Under the pieces are notes generated by a model, which saw only the letters and a program-made list of their open reading frames with translations, was not told the DNA's origin and did not search any database. Below are positions 51,960 to 62,868 of a stretch of DNA of 64,000 nucleotides, one piece after another. Numbering within the stretch: the stretch's first letter is position 1; each line of letters begins with the position of its first letter. A program made the translations under genes and the position numbers. The DNA comes from Schizochytrium sp. TIO01. Its lineage: Eukaryota > Protista > Bigyra: Labyrinthulomycetes. The DNA lies in NCBI GenBank assembly GCA_004764695.1, contig SMSO01000014.1:1793648-1857647 (forward strand), written 5' to 3'.

Positions 51960-53951
51960 ATGGACAATGACATTGGCGACATTGATCTCGATGCAGAACT
52001 GCTAGACTGGGTTCAACAGTACCAAGATGATTCCACGACAGGAGGCAATCAGCAGGGATACACTCAGGCCCAGAGCCTGCAAGAAAGAAGTGATTCTTCA
52101 CTGTTAATGGACATGGACAGATGGCCTGCTTCCTCGGCAGCAAATACTCCTGTACCTGCGCATATGCATCCTGCAAATGGCATGATTCACCCGCTAGATA
52201 CAGAAACAATGTCTTCCCAAAATGATGACTTCGTCAATAATGGGTTAATGTCGCATGCTCAAAACCAAACAAACTTGCAAGATGGTGCTCACTTTTCTAC
52301 CCAGCATCCCAAAACACAAACTCAACCCTTAGAATCAGACCTACATCGTTCACAATCGCATCCATACGTCATGAAACGACCATATCAGGAACGCAGCACA
52401 CAAAGCCAGGAAACAGAACAATTACAAACGCAAGAAGGCTCAGAACAACGAACTTCATTCTTATCAAGAGGGCTCAAAGGAGGAAGCGCAGTAGTAGCTC
52501 ATAACACTAGCAATTATGAAATGCAACATCAACAGCATATGTCACTGCCGGGGCCTGAAGATGGATTACACAACACAATTTTACCGGCATCATCCCGATC
52601 ACCTAGAACCCCATCAAGATCAGCAGATTCATTATATCACGGACCAAAATCCCAACCAATCGACAACAACTTTGAAGGCCTTAAACGCCGAAGAAAAAAA
52701 GACGGGATCGAACCATCGGATCACAGGGAGTCTTCAGGTACATCTAGAGGTTTCTCACAGCGTGCGCTTAGAGGACCCGACGCTTCCATGGAGCAGCACA
52801 GCGGAGTTCACAGTGACCACAATGAATCCGCCTTTCATCCCGCACTACCATACCAGCAAGTGGAAGGCAATGCATCCCGTGGTTCTTTTACACCTGCTGG
52901 GCCGATGAACCCTTCCCATAATGGCTATCCCCGTCCACCTGTATCAATTGGGCAGCGTTCTTCCACTGTGAAACTAGAAAAGGAAGCGCATACTAATTCC
53001 AATTCTCCCGCTCTGTCACCCGGACGATCTCCATATGTACCAAACAGACGATCGAACTCAGACCCATCGTACGGGAGTGCTCGCCCTGCTGAACGAATAA
53101 GTCTGCTACAACGAATTTCTGATTTGGAACAAGAAAAGGCTCAGCTTTTGCAAAGGTTTCATGCATCTCCAGCTCGTTGCACATCTTCAAAAGATAGCTT
53201 GAAAGCGCTCATGGCATATGAAGGTCAACCTTTGATTCAACATTTGGACTCTTTTGCTCATATGAAAAGGTTTTTTTCCTTTAACGAAACTTGGAGTGTA
53301 CATAAATCCCAGCTCAGGCAGTTAGAAACCGAACTTGAGCCAACAACAACACTAAAAATGCTATTATGGGCACTCTTACAAGATGATGATTTCTACTTTC
53401 CAAATTCTAGCTCATCGGGTCCTTCCTCTAGTGGCGGCTCTGCCTCAGAAGCGTCAAAGTCGGCAGAGGCTACAGAGTCTGATCCAAGTGACAAGGCGGG
53501 ACAAAGGAATCTTGGCGAGCACTTGGCAAATGCGAGTGCTGCTGGAAGCAGTAAAAGCAGTGGAAGTAGTAACGGCGTGAAGGCTGGGAATGGCGAAGCT
53601 TCGCATGGGCCTCAGCGTAACATGGGAAACTCCTGGATGATGCTCTGCCATGCGCTTGAAACTGATTTGAGTCGCAAGGGCTCAAAATTCCAAGAGATGC
53701 GTCGCAAGGCAAAATCTCTTGCATCGCAGCTTCTCCTGAGTAAATATCGCATTGATCGCATGTATGACCTCATTGATACTCATAGCGAAGAAATCGATCG
53801 TATCGGGTCTGCTTTGCTTAATGCCATGACACCAGAACAACGCTTAGAATTGTTCCAGCGGGTTGAAGACCGCGGTTTTCCAAACCCTCTAGATGCACAA
53901 GCTCCAAGCCACTTCTTCCCTCACCTTTCAGCCTGGCAAAGCGAAGGATGA
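51960..53951 (+). CDS. Putative transcription-regulator-like protein: disordered N-terminal half, short zipper, C-terminal helical domain resembling that of stramenopile bZIPs
   Basis: 663-aa ATG ORF. Heptad LLQRISDLEQEKAQL; motifs PTTTLKMLLWALLQDDDFY, WMMLCHAL, MTPEQRLELFQRVE. The CDS is well supported; the family assignment is tentative. Confidence 0.6.
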   Translation: MDNDIGDIDLDAELLDWVQQYQDDSTTGGNQQGYTQAQSLQERSDSSLLMDMDRWPASSAANTPVPAHMHPANGMIHPLDTETMSSQNDDFVNNGLMSHAQNQTNLQDGAHFSTQHPKTQTQPLESDLHRSQSHPYVMKRPYQERSTQSQETEQLQTQEGSEQRTSFLSRGLKGGSAVVAHNTSNYEMQHQQHMSLPGPEDGLHNTILPASSRSPRTPSRSADSLYHGPKSQPIDNNFEGLKRRRKKDGIEPSDHRESSGTSRGFSQRALRGPDASMEQHSGVHSDHNESAFHPALPYQQVEGNASRGSFTPAGPMNPSHNGYPRPPVSIGQRSSTVKLEKEAHTNSNSPALSPGRSPYVPNRRSNSDPSYGSARPAERISLLQRISDLEQEKAQLLQRFHASPARCTSSKDSLKALMAYEGQPLIQHLDSFAHMKRFFSFNETWSVHKSQLRQLETELEPTTTLKMLLWALLQDDDFYFPNSSSSGPSSSGGSASEASKSAEATESDPSDKAGQRNLGEHLANASAAGSSKSSGSSNGVKAGNGEASHGPQRNMGNSWMMLCHALETDLSRKGSKFQEMRRKAKSLASQLLLSKYRIDRMYDLIDTHSEEIDRIGSALLNAMTPEQRLELFQRVEDRGFPNPLDAQAPSHFFPHLSAWQSEG

Positions 53952-55110
53952 AGTTGATCTGCGCCATGCTCTTGTTTTCTTACCCATATTATCATCCACT
54001 ATCTTGCGAAACCTCTATCACAAATGGTGATATTACTTTTACAACAGGATGGCCTACACACGAGTTACTGTTTCTGATTTTATTGATTCTTCTCGATGAT
54101 TGGCTGTTGCTTAAACACAAAGGGGCTATCATATGATGTATTATACACATATAAGACATAAAAACACTATTTACTGATCCAATTGAAGTGATATCCCCTT
54201 CCTTTACTTCAATAAAGCCAATGCCTGCTGAAGGTGATTTGTTGGCGAACACCTAGAAGCTAGAGATGGTTTACATTCTTTACTACGGGGAAAATCTAGT
54301 CATCTCATCTTACCTTCTATCGTTACGAAAGATTATCATTATTGAATTTATTTTCTAAAAGTGAGTACATTATTTTATCCCGTCTTATCGTACTATAAAT
54401 AGTGTTTCTAAGCCGACGTTTTCAAGTCTTGTAATTTGACTGAAGGGTTTATATATACTATGATCTGTAGTTTCAAATTGAATGACTGCAAAAACGTAGG
54501 ATCCTGATTGTAGATAGCTTCCACTCGATAATAGCACAGGAATAGAGCCTAATTTAATGAAACAGAATGGTAGCTTTAATTGTCCGAAAAGGAAAAAATA
54601 CATTTTGGTATTTACTACGAAGCGTGAGAAAGGCTTTGGCATTTTGTATTCGTGTTAGCGTAAGTTTTCGTGTTGGTTTGTTTTTTTAATGGCGTGTGTT
54701 TGGTAGTGTTGTCTAATGATGGAAACAAGCAAGGAGACACTGATGTGACAAGGAACCCAATAAACCCAAAGGCTTGCTGCATAATCTTGCCTTCTAGCTC
54801 ACCACGAGCTAGCAGTAAGATACATAGAAGGCAAGTGGAGGGCAAATTGATGAAACAACTATAGAAAATGTGAGTTCTATAGGAGTTACAATGTCACGTA
54901 CATAGTCAATGTACAGAGCCATAGTCAAAATATGTGAAGCAACGCTTGCTTGCGCATTCTTTACATTTTGACACGTGAGAGCAAGGACAGGAGAAACAGG
55001 AAAAACTAGAGAGACTGCAACAGACTAACCTGTATGTTCTGACTCTCCTTAGTCTACGGGAGAGAATAGGTGAGTTGGCTGTATACAATTCCATTCTTGC
55101 AGCGAAGATT

Positions 55111-56205
55111 CTAGTCTTGGAATTGAAACCAATCGAATTTGGCGAGCCCAGTCGTAGGATCGCGTTCTTCCATGATACCATAAAGCTTCGGTGACGACTT
55201 CCGAACCTGACGGTTCGGCGAATGCAAAGCCATCACTAGAAGCGAGTGTGCTGACTGCGAGCTGGTTGATGGGGTGGGGCGAAAGTAGAGTTTTGCGACC
55301 ATGGCATGCCCTCCATCCCTTTGGAAGAGCGGGACCTTGTCGTGAACCCATGGACCCTTGATGCTTCCCGACGTCGATCTCGCAACACCCACACAATAGC
55401 TATCATTGCGTCCCCTCGACGACCACAGCATGATCAACTCTTGTGTGGATGTTGCTCTAAAAAGAAACGGTCCATCTGTGATATAGTTTCCCTGGCGCGT
55501 CGTTGACGATGAGTTAAAGGATTTACACCAGGAGGCTTGTGATGCAGCAAACAGAGTTACAGGGTTCCCTACAGCCCCGCTGAGGTCTGCTTTCAGCTGC
55601 ATCGCACACATTTCACCATCACCCACCTGAGTCCATTCACGACAAAACACCATGAAAGGGATTCCATTCTCTACAAATAGGGTTCCGTCTAGGCAGGACC
55701 ACGATGCTGGCGTTATTGGTCCGTTTTGAATTGGTACAAAAGGGCCCTCAGGTCTTGCTCCTGGCGATTCCAAAATTGCGACGCCTCTCTCGTTGGGTTT
55801 TCCAGTCTTTTTCATGGTTGCGAACATTATGAGCCTACCTCGATATATGTAGACTTCAGGAGCCCAAAACTGGGTATCTGCCCAGAAACCTTCAGGACGT
55901 CTAAATGCTTCGAAGGGACCTTCCCAGGTCACCAGATCACGGCTGGAGTAGCAGTTGAAACCTACAGCAGGAAATTCGGAGTACGGGTTTCCGATGTTGT
56001 CGGGAGGCTTGTCTGTAGTGCCATACAACCAGTACACGCGGTGACCATTCTGCACAGCGGAGACCAAACCTGCAGGAAGGGCGGACTTCTCTGAGAGAGG
56101 TCCGGAGCTGGGAGCACTGGCGTCCTCGGCATCGAGCAGCGACAGCAAGTACGGGTCGCGCATCCAAATGTCACCAAGATTCATCGTACCTGACGGAGCA
56201 GACAT
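55111..56205 (-). CDS. Glycoside hydrolase family 43 (five-bladed beta-propeller), intronless
   Basis: MRDPY (catalytic base Asp), YWLYGT, SRDLVTW, FWAPEV, PEGPF, LDGTLF, TDGPF, GGHAM. First in-frame ATG at 56205; no signal peptide evident. Confidence 0.88.
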   Translation of the reverse strand: MSAPSGTMNLGDIWMRDPYLLSLLDAEDASAPSSGPLSEKSALPAGLVSAVQNGHRVYWLYGTTDKPPDNIGNPYSEFPAVGFNCYSSRDLVTWEGPFEAFRRPEGFWADTQFWAPEVYIYRGRLIMFATMKKTGKPNERGVAILESPGARPEGPFVPIQNGPITPASWSCLDGTLFVENGIPFMVFCREWTQVGDGEMCAMQLKADLSGAVGNPVTLFAASQASWCKSFNSSSTTRQGNYITDGPFLFRATSTQELIMLWSSRGRNDSYCVGVARSTSGSIKGPWVHDKVPLFQRDGGHAMVAKLYFRPTPSTSSQSAHSLLVMALHSPNRQVRKSSPKLYGIMEERDPTTGLAKFDWFQFQD

Positions 56206-57787
56206 CGAGGAAACCTCCAGACCGCCCGAAATAGACGGGCCTGCGCAAGCCCCGATATCCACGCCGTCCTCAGCGCTGCCCTCAGCGCCTCCAACTCGGC
56301 TTTGGACACAGCAGAAGACAATGATGATTGTTCGCTCATTCGACTCACAATATTCTTTTCTATTACATGCTACTACTACTGTTGTATTACCATACCACCC
56401 TACTCTAGAGATGATAATAATGAATATATTTTGTATGTTGGGATCAGCCTACAAACTACGTGTTGAAGAGAAGGAAACACACCACTACTTCAATAATTGG
56501 CTCAGATATGGGCATTAGCTCCTACCATGGAAGGATATCTGCGCCGCAAGAGCACTACATGCAGGTGCTTTGAGACAGAATAGTGAACCAGACAAAGCAA
56601 GACCAACGAGATCGACGGGGAACCCTGTATGACTTTTTTCCCAAGCGCGCTTTTTTTTTTTCATTTGCTTTTATTAGTATTATATAGGATATGAGTGAGT
56701 CTTACTGGGTTTCAATGTCAATGTGCTTGAATGGTATTCGAGGTTGTCTGGGAAATGAATCACTACCCAAGCTATGAAATGAATCATGCAAAACGAAAGG
56801 AGAGAGGATACCACTCATGATACGTTTAGGTGGTATCAAGAAAATGAGTTCTGTTAGTGGATATTTTGACAGGTTTATTGCAGTTTGAATAAGAAAGTAC
56901 TTCAGAATTGTCAGTGACAAATTAATTTTACAGCAGAAGGAGTGTTGTACCATACTCTTTTTTCATTGCAAATGAATTCGTTTTCTTAAATCTTTTCACT
57001 ACTTATCAAAATTGCGTCTAGTAAACGCAGGCTGAGAATTTGAGAATAGGTGTTAAAATACTAAAAGAAGAAAAGCAAGTTGTAGATCTGATTGTTTGAG
57101 TTTGGGGAGTGATTATGTCATCTGTGTCGACGATAGGTTCACTTTGATTTATTCTAACAAGATATTACTCTTGTGCTGTGTTCTCAAGATATTTCACGAA
57201 ATGATTGGTAAGATCTTAGATCTTGCTACATGAACACTTCAAACAGAAGCTTCTGAATGCTTTTACAAGGTATGTGGCTAATTCGTTATGGCAGGACAGA
57301 AATGCAGCTAGAGCAATTCAAATATGGGCAAACTATCAATTCAAACAGCCAAATGAGGCCACAAATCACCATGGTCATGTTGGCTTGCAGACGTGAAGAG
57401 AGCTTACGTGAGGGATTGTTTTGAAATCTATAGCTAGGCAACTACAAAAGGTAACACGTATGTAATTGGCCGCCAGCAGGTTGACAATCGCAACAAAGAT
57501 CATGCTACTCTGAAGTTTAAATTTGCGATAAAGGATACATATGCTGGAGAAAAAGGCATGATAGAAATCCACTTTCGCTGAGTGGAAGAAAAGAAGTTCA
57601 ACATGATGCACATTGTACAAGATGATTTAAGAAGGTTATTAAGGTTTATACGAATTGTATCTCACACACATTGAGATCACAGAGGGGGGGACGCGAAATG
57701 CGACAGAAGGTAAGTTACGAGGACTAACGAGATATATGGCGGGTGGATCAACAGACGACAGAATCATGTATGGTCAGGTATTTTTGT

Positions 57788-59452
57788 TCAATTCGAGGAG
57801 GTAAGCTTGGCACGCTTTGATGATGCGGAGTCAAGGTTGTTATTGACACCTGCGGAAGCAACCGAGAAGGCATCATCTACCTGACGCTTCTTACCTGCCA
57901 AACCATCATCCTTAGGTGTAAGCTGCATCAACTTGGCGTTGAACGGAAGGACCATAGACCTGTCAATCGGAGTTGAGGAGTTTGAAGGGCTAAGCGCCGC
58001 CAGCTGTTGTGCGCCTAATGCGAGAGAGCTGAGCGTGCTTAAGCTCATGCCGGGGTTACCACCGAAGTGCTGAGATTGTTGCTGGAACTTTGCAGCGTGG
58101 AGTGCTGCTAAGCTGTTTGAGGTGTTGTTATTATTGAACAACAGCATTGATGGCAAGTTGGCAACCTTGTTCGTGTCATTTGTGGGTGAGAGGTTGTTTG
58201 TGCTAGCGTTGTTCATGGCAAAGTTAAGGTGATCCGGTGATACAGCTGCGCGTGGGGTATTGAGTAGCATTTGCAGGGCCAACAATTTTGCTTGGTCTCC
58301 AAAGAGAGCAGCATTTTTGTTGTCGTGGCCAATATCTTGTTGGGTAGGAATGCGCTGAGTCACTTCAGAGCCGAGCGACGAGCTGCTGTCACTGCGGTCA
58401 CTACGGGCACCCTTTGGTGAATCAAATGAGAGCGCGGTAAGGCGCGATGAGAGCATCGGCGAGAGTGGCATGATTGACGATAACGACAAAAGGTTCGCGA
58501 TACGCGGGTTCTCTGCCATAGCTGCAGCTGCTGCTGCTGCTGCGGCTGCCATTGCCGAGGCTGGTGTCTGAGTTGCATTCATGTCGGTCTGGAGCGTGAG
58601 AGGTGACGGCGACTGGGCCTTGGGTGCGGTAAAGTTAAACTGCTTCTTGAGACTGTCCTCATTGAGGGGGGATGGGAATGGGAGGGTCTCTGTGGACAGT
58701 CTTGAACTAGACGGAGACTGAAGAGTCGGGATAGAGGAGGCCGCAGCACGAGGGCCCTTGGCTCTAATCTCTCTTAAGAGTGCTCTTGCATTAAAAGCAT
58801 GCAAGACATGTGGCTTAGAGGTGTCACAGTATTCACAGCTTGGCCATCCACATGACGCATAGCCAAGTCGAACACGAACACGGTGCAGACTCAGGCATTT
58901 GCTGCAAGTGTCACTTTTGACACAGTCCAAGGAATGCTCTAGGAGAGACTCGATAATGTCTTCATCAGATCCAGTTCCTGGGCTCCTTGCTTTGCGGAGT
59001 TTGAGGTGGTGACGTACTGCATCATGCTTCCGCTGGTGCGGCACAAGTTGATTAAATCGCTTTGCGATTTCATTCATCCATGAGCGACCTCCCCATTTGC
59101 GCTTGGTGAGTTGATGTACAAATGCGCGGAAGAGATCAGGGTCCTTAAGGATGAGATTGAAGAGAATGGTTTTTTCTTCCTCTGAGAATCTGCCCGAGTG
59201 CGTGCCGTCTTCGCCAATCTCTCCGTCAAGATCTGCATCGACTGACTTGCTGCGTCTACTCCTTGTGGTACCTTGGTCCTCGCCTTCAGAATCGTCGCCA
59301 TTATTCTGAACAAGTGTAGTATTGCCCCCAGCCGCCGCTGTTGGTGCAGGTGGTGGTGATGAGGAAGCCGAAGCTGAAGAGGCTGCGGCCACTGCCGATC
59401 CTGACAGCAGCGCCAAGGCGCTGGCCAGCTCGTGTTCTTCCTTGCCCATCAT
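57788..59452 (-). CDS. Putative transcription factor: Myb/SANT-like domain + Cys/His (TAZ-like) cluster + low-complexity tail with NLS-like motifs
   Basis: RFSEEEKTILF...WMNEIAKRFNQL...RKHDAVRHHL; HSLDCVKSDTCSKC...H...CGWPSCEYC...H; poly-Ala; KKRQ and KRAK. First ATG at 59452. Confidence 0.6.
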   Translation of the reverse strand: MMGKEEHELASALALLSGSAVAAASSASASSSPPPAPTAAAGGNTTLVQNNGDDSEGEDQGTTRSRRSKSVDADLDGEIGEDGTHSGRFSEEEKTILFNLILKDPDLFRAFVHQLTKRKWGGRSWMNEIAKRFNQLVPHQRKHDAVRHHLKLRKARSPGTGSDEDIIESLLEHSLDCVKSDTCSKCLSLHRVRVRLGYASCGWPSCEYCDTSKPHVLHAFNARALLREIRAKGPRAAASSIPTLQSPSSSRLSTETLPFPSPLNEDSLKKQFNFTAPKAQSPSPLTLQTDMNATQTPASAMAAAAAAAAAAMAENPRIANLLSLSSIMPLSPMLSSRLTALSFDSPKGARSDRSDSSSSLGSEVTQRIPTQQDIGHDNKNAALFGDQAKLLALQMLLNTPRAAVSPDHLNFAMNNASTNNLSPTNDTNKVANLPSMLLFNNNNTSNSLAALHAAKFQQQSQHFGGNPGMSLSTLSSLALGAQQLAALSPSNSSTPIDRSMVLPFNAKLMQLTPKDDGLAGKKRQVDDAFSVASAGVNNNLDSASSKRAKLTSSN

Positions 59453-60355
59453 TTGCGCTCGAGATGTGCTCGCTTGGCTTTGATGTTTGTTCTGCTTTAA
59501 ACTCAATGTCCGCCAAGCAAAACAAACAATTTATCAAATCGATGTCTAAAAGGAATTGCTCTAACCCAAATGGAAAACCCCAAATAAAAAAGGAAATCGG
59601 CAAAGAAGTAGACAAGAGTCCTAGCCAACTCCTTATCTGCCTCACTAACTAAACTAACAAGCGAGCTATTTAGTTCTCAGCCAGTCTCTCGATCCTCAAT
59701 CCTTCCACGACGAAAGGAGCGCCGTGGCACAGCTCCCTCGCGCGCTCACTCGCTTGGGCAACTCTCTGCCACCAGCCAGCTTCAAGGCAACGACGCGTCG
59801 GTCGTCAGTCCCGGTGCTTTCACGCACACGCGGCAGCGCCTTCACCCGTTTCCGTTCTGCTGAGTCTTGCGATTGTGATCGATCGATCAATCTTAATGAA
59901 TGAATGAATGAATCAATCAATGAATCAATGAATCAATTTATCTTCTTTTTTTTTTCTTTCCTTTTTTCCTTTTTTTTTTTTCTTCTTTCTTCTTTTTCAA
60001 AAGAGAAAGAAAACAATCAAACCAACAAAAGCGAGTTATCTAATTGTTTGTTTTGCGCGTGCACCACTTTCTTTAAGAAGGGGCAATAGAAAACAAGAGA
60101 AAAAGAGGGAGGCCTGCCTCTTTTCTTCTTTACTTTTCCTTTTTCTCTGTCTATTATTCTGGCGATCAACCTCGCCTCGATCGCTCTCTCGGCCCCTGCT
60201 GCTTCTGTCGCCGCTGCTGCCTCCCGCGTGCCTGTTACCTCGCCTGCTTCTCCAGCCGCTCCCGTTGATTCAATCCGAGCCGCGTTGGTTTCTTTTTTTG
60301 CTTGCTTGGATGCCTCCAGGTTGGTCGAGCGCGTGCGTGTGCGTCGCGTGCCTCG

Positions 60356-60513
<158 letters not shown>

Positions 60514-60625
60514 TTGAGCTGTCTAGTAATCTCTGTCGGGGTTTCTTTCGCGCTTTTCTGCTGCCCTCTCCTCCTCCCCTTTGTTTCCCTTCTTTCTTCT
60601 TCGCCTTCCTATACCCATCTATCTT

Positions 60626-60630
<5 letters not shown>

Positions 60631-60659
<29 letters not shown>
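60631..60659. repeat. Poly(A) tract, 29 nt
   Basis: Directly visible. Confidence 0.95.
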
Positions 60660-60661
<2 letters not shown>

Positions 60662-62230
60662 TCTCTCAATTGTGCGCGTCGAGGGCCGTCGCTATTTTTC
60701 ATGCGCCTCTTTTTTCTTTTCTTCTTTCTCTCGTTCATCCTTTCGCTTCGTTTATTTAGTTTATACTAGAATACTAAAACAAACTTTTTTGAAGCTAAGT
60801 CAAATTTATTGTCTTCCTTCCTTTGGACTTGAAATTTCTTCCGTCCTCGTTTATTTGTTTGCTCGAGCTGAGGTACACAAGGAAAGAGACTACAACCCCG
60901 CAGAGGAGACTACGCCGAAGCTTCTTCTCTTCCCCCGTCTTCTTGCTTGTGAGTTGAAGGGTCGCTTAATTTCGTGCTAGCCTATCGAGGGTCGGCGGGT
61001 GGTTCACATGTTTGGTGCAGGAAGTGATTTTAAAAATATATATATTACTTTTAAAGAATTATTTAAAAATATTTATCGGAAAAGCTGGAAAACGTTTTAG
61101 ACGATAAAAGAAAACCTTCCGCGCAGGTCAAAGGGCACCAAGCGCGGTCCCGCGCCGCTTTCAAAGTTAGCACATATATATTTTAAAAAGAAAAAGAAAA
61201 AGAAAAAGTATAAGCAAAACTATGAGTTTTCTCTATTTTGTTCTCTTTCTCCTCTTTTTTGTTTCTTGCTTGCGAGCTTTCACAATGAATGACTGACAGA
61301 TTGACATGACTGACTGCCTGTCCCCTCGTTATGTATTGCTTCCCGCGCCACAGGGCCGAACCCTGGTACCGCCGGGAGCCTAACTTTGTTCCTGCGAGTC
61401 TTCTTTCTCCCGCTGACCTCTGCGCCCGTTGCCTCACGAGTTGGATGGTCGAGTTTCCCTTTTTTGCTTCGCTTTGCTTTTTCCTTTCCCCATCTTCATT
61501 TTACTTTCAATCAACTTCTTTTAAAAGAAACTGAGAAGAAGCAGAGGAAGAGGAGGGAGGGGCTTGAAAGAAAATGACGACTCCCTTCTATGTGAATGAA
61601 AAAGAGAGGGGAGAAAAAGAGAACGAAAAAGAAAAAGAAATATTTTTTTAAAAAAAAAAAGGACTTACTAAAACTAAGAAAGTCCGCGCTTCCTCGCGTT
61701 CTTTAGTGTTCTGGTCAACGGCGGTGTTCTCTATCGCCCTCGAAAGAAAGTGATTAATCCACAAGCGCAGTAAAAAGCGCGAGAGGAGAAATCAAATGGT
61801 CTTTAACTATTGCATCCATCATCCACCCACCCGCAAATGTTGGAGCTCCCAGCTCAAGCTGTCTGCGAAGACCTGCCCTCTCTGCTGCTTCGCTCGCGCC
61901 TCTCCCCTGCCTGCCTGCCTGCCTGCCTGGAGCCCTCCTCCTGGTTCGGGACTGGAGGAGTTGGATAGTTGACTCACTTCTTTCTCCTCTTTAGGAGTCA
62001 ATTCAATCGATCGAAATGGACAGCGCGGCGCTGGTGGGCTCCTGCCTCGTCCGGAGCGAGTGTTCCTCTTCTTCCTTGCCCTCTTTCCTTCGAGGTGCTT
62101 CCTGCAGCCCGCACTGCGCTGCTCGCCCTGCTGCCAGCTCCTGGGCGTCTATCACCAAGCGCGGCGCCTCCGTCGGCCTCGCGAGTTCTCCATTCCTCTG
62201 TTCTTTCAAGAACCTGAACGAAGATTTGGC

Positions 62231-62261
<31 letters not shown>

Positions 62262-62666
62262 TACATGTTACAGTGCGTATGATGAACGTATGTATCCCTA
62301 CGATATGATGAACCAGTAAGTACGTGCTTAGTGTTAGTTGAAGGAAAGGAGAAAGGCTTCGAAACTATTTTCAATCTTTTCTAAGCCAAAATTCGATTGG
62401 AGCCTCTTTTTTCTTCTTCTTTCTTTCTTTTTTTCGACGATTAAAAAGTACAATCCTAAACTAAATGAGTAAATAAACACAGGCAAAAGGCAAGCAAATA
62501 AACACCAGCGGCGAACCTTGTTTCCGAGCGCTACTCATTCTTCACGTAGGAGGAGGAACATTCCCTCATAAAAAGCGAATGAAGAACTTGCGGGAGATTA
62601 GCGTGTATAAAATGGAGAAGAGCCTCGCAAGAGTAAGAAAGAAAGTAAATAACTAAATAACTCACT

Positions 62667-62868
62667 AAGTTAGTAAGTAAGTGATTAAGTAAGTAAGTAA
62701 GTAAAACTAAGTAAGTAAAGCTAAGTAAGTAAGGGCTGCAATATAGGTAGGTAGGTACCTACTGACTGAATGGCGGCTTAGTAATGAGTGGGTAAATAGA
62801 GTCCAGAGTGAGTGAGTGTGAGTGAGTGAGTGAGTGAGTGAGTGAGTGAGTGAGTGAGTGAGTGAGTG
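62667..62868. repeat. Adjacent (TAAG)n and (GAGT)n microsatellites
   Basis: Directly visible at about 62667-62733 and 62806-62868. Confidence 0.9.
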
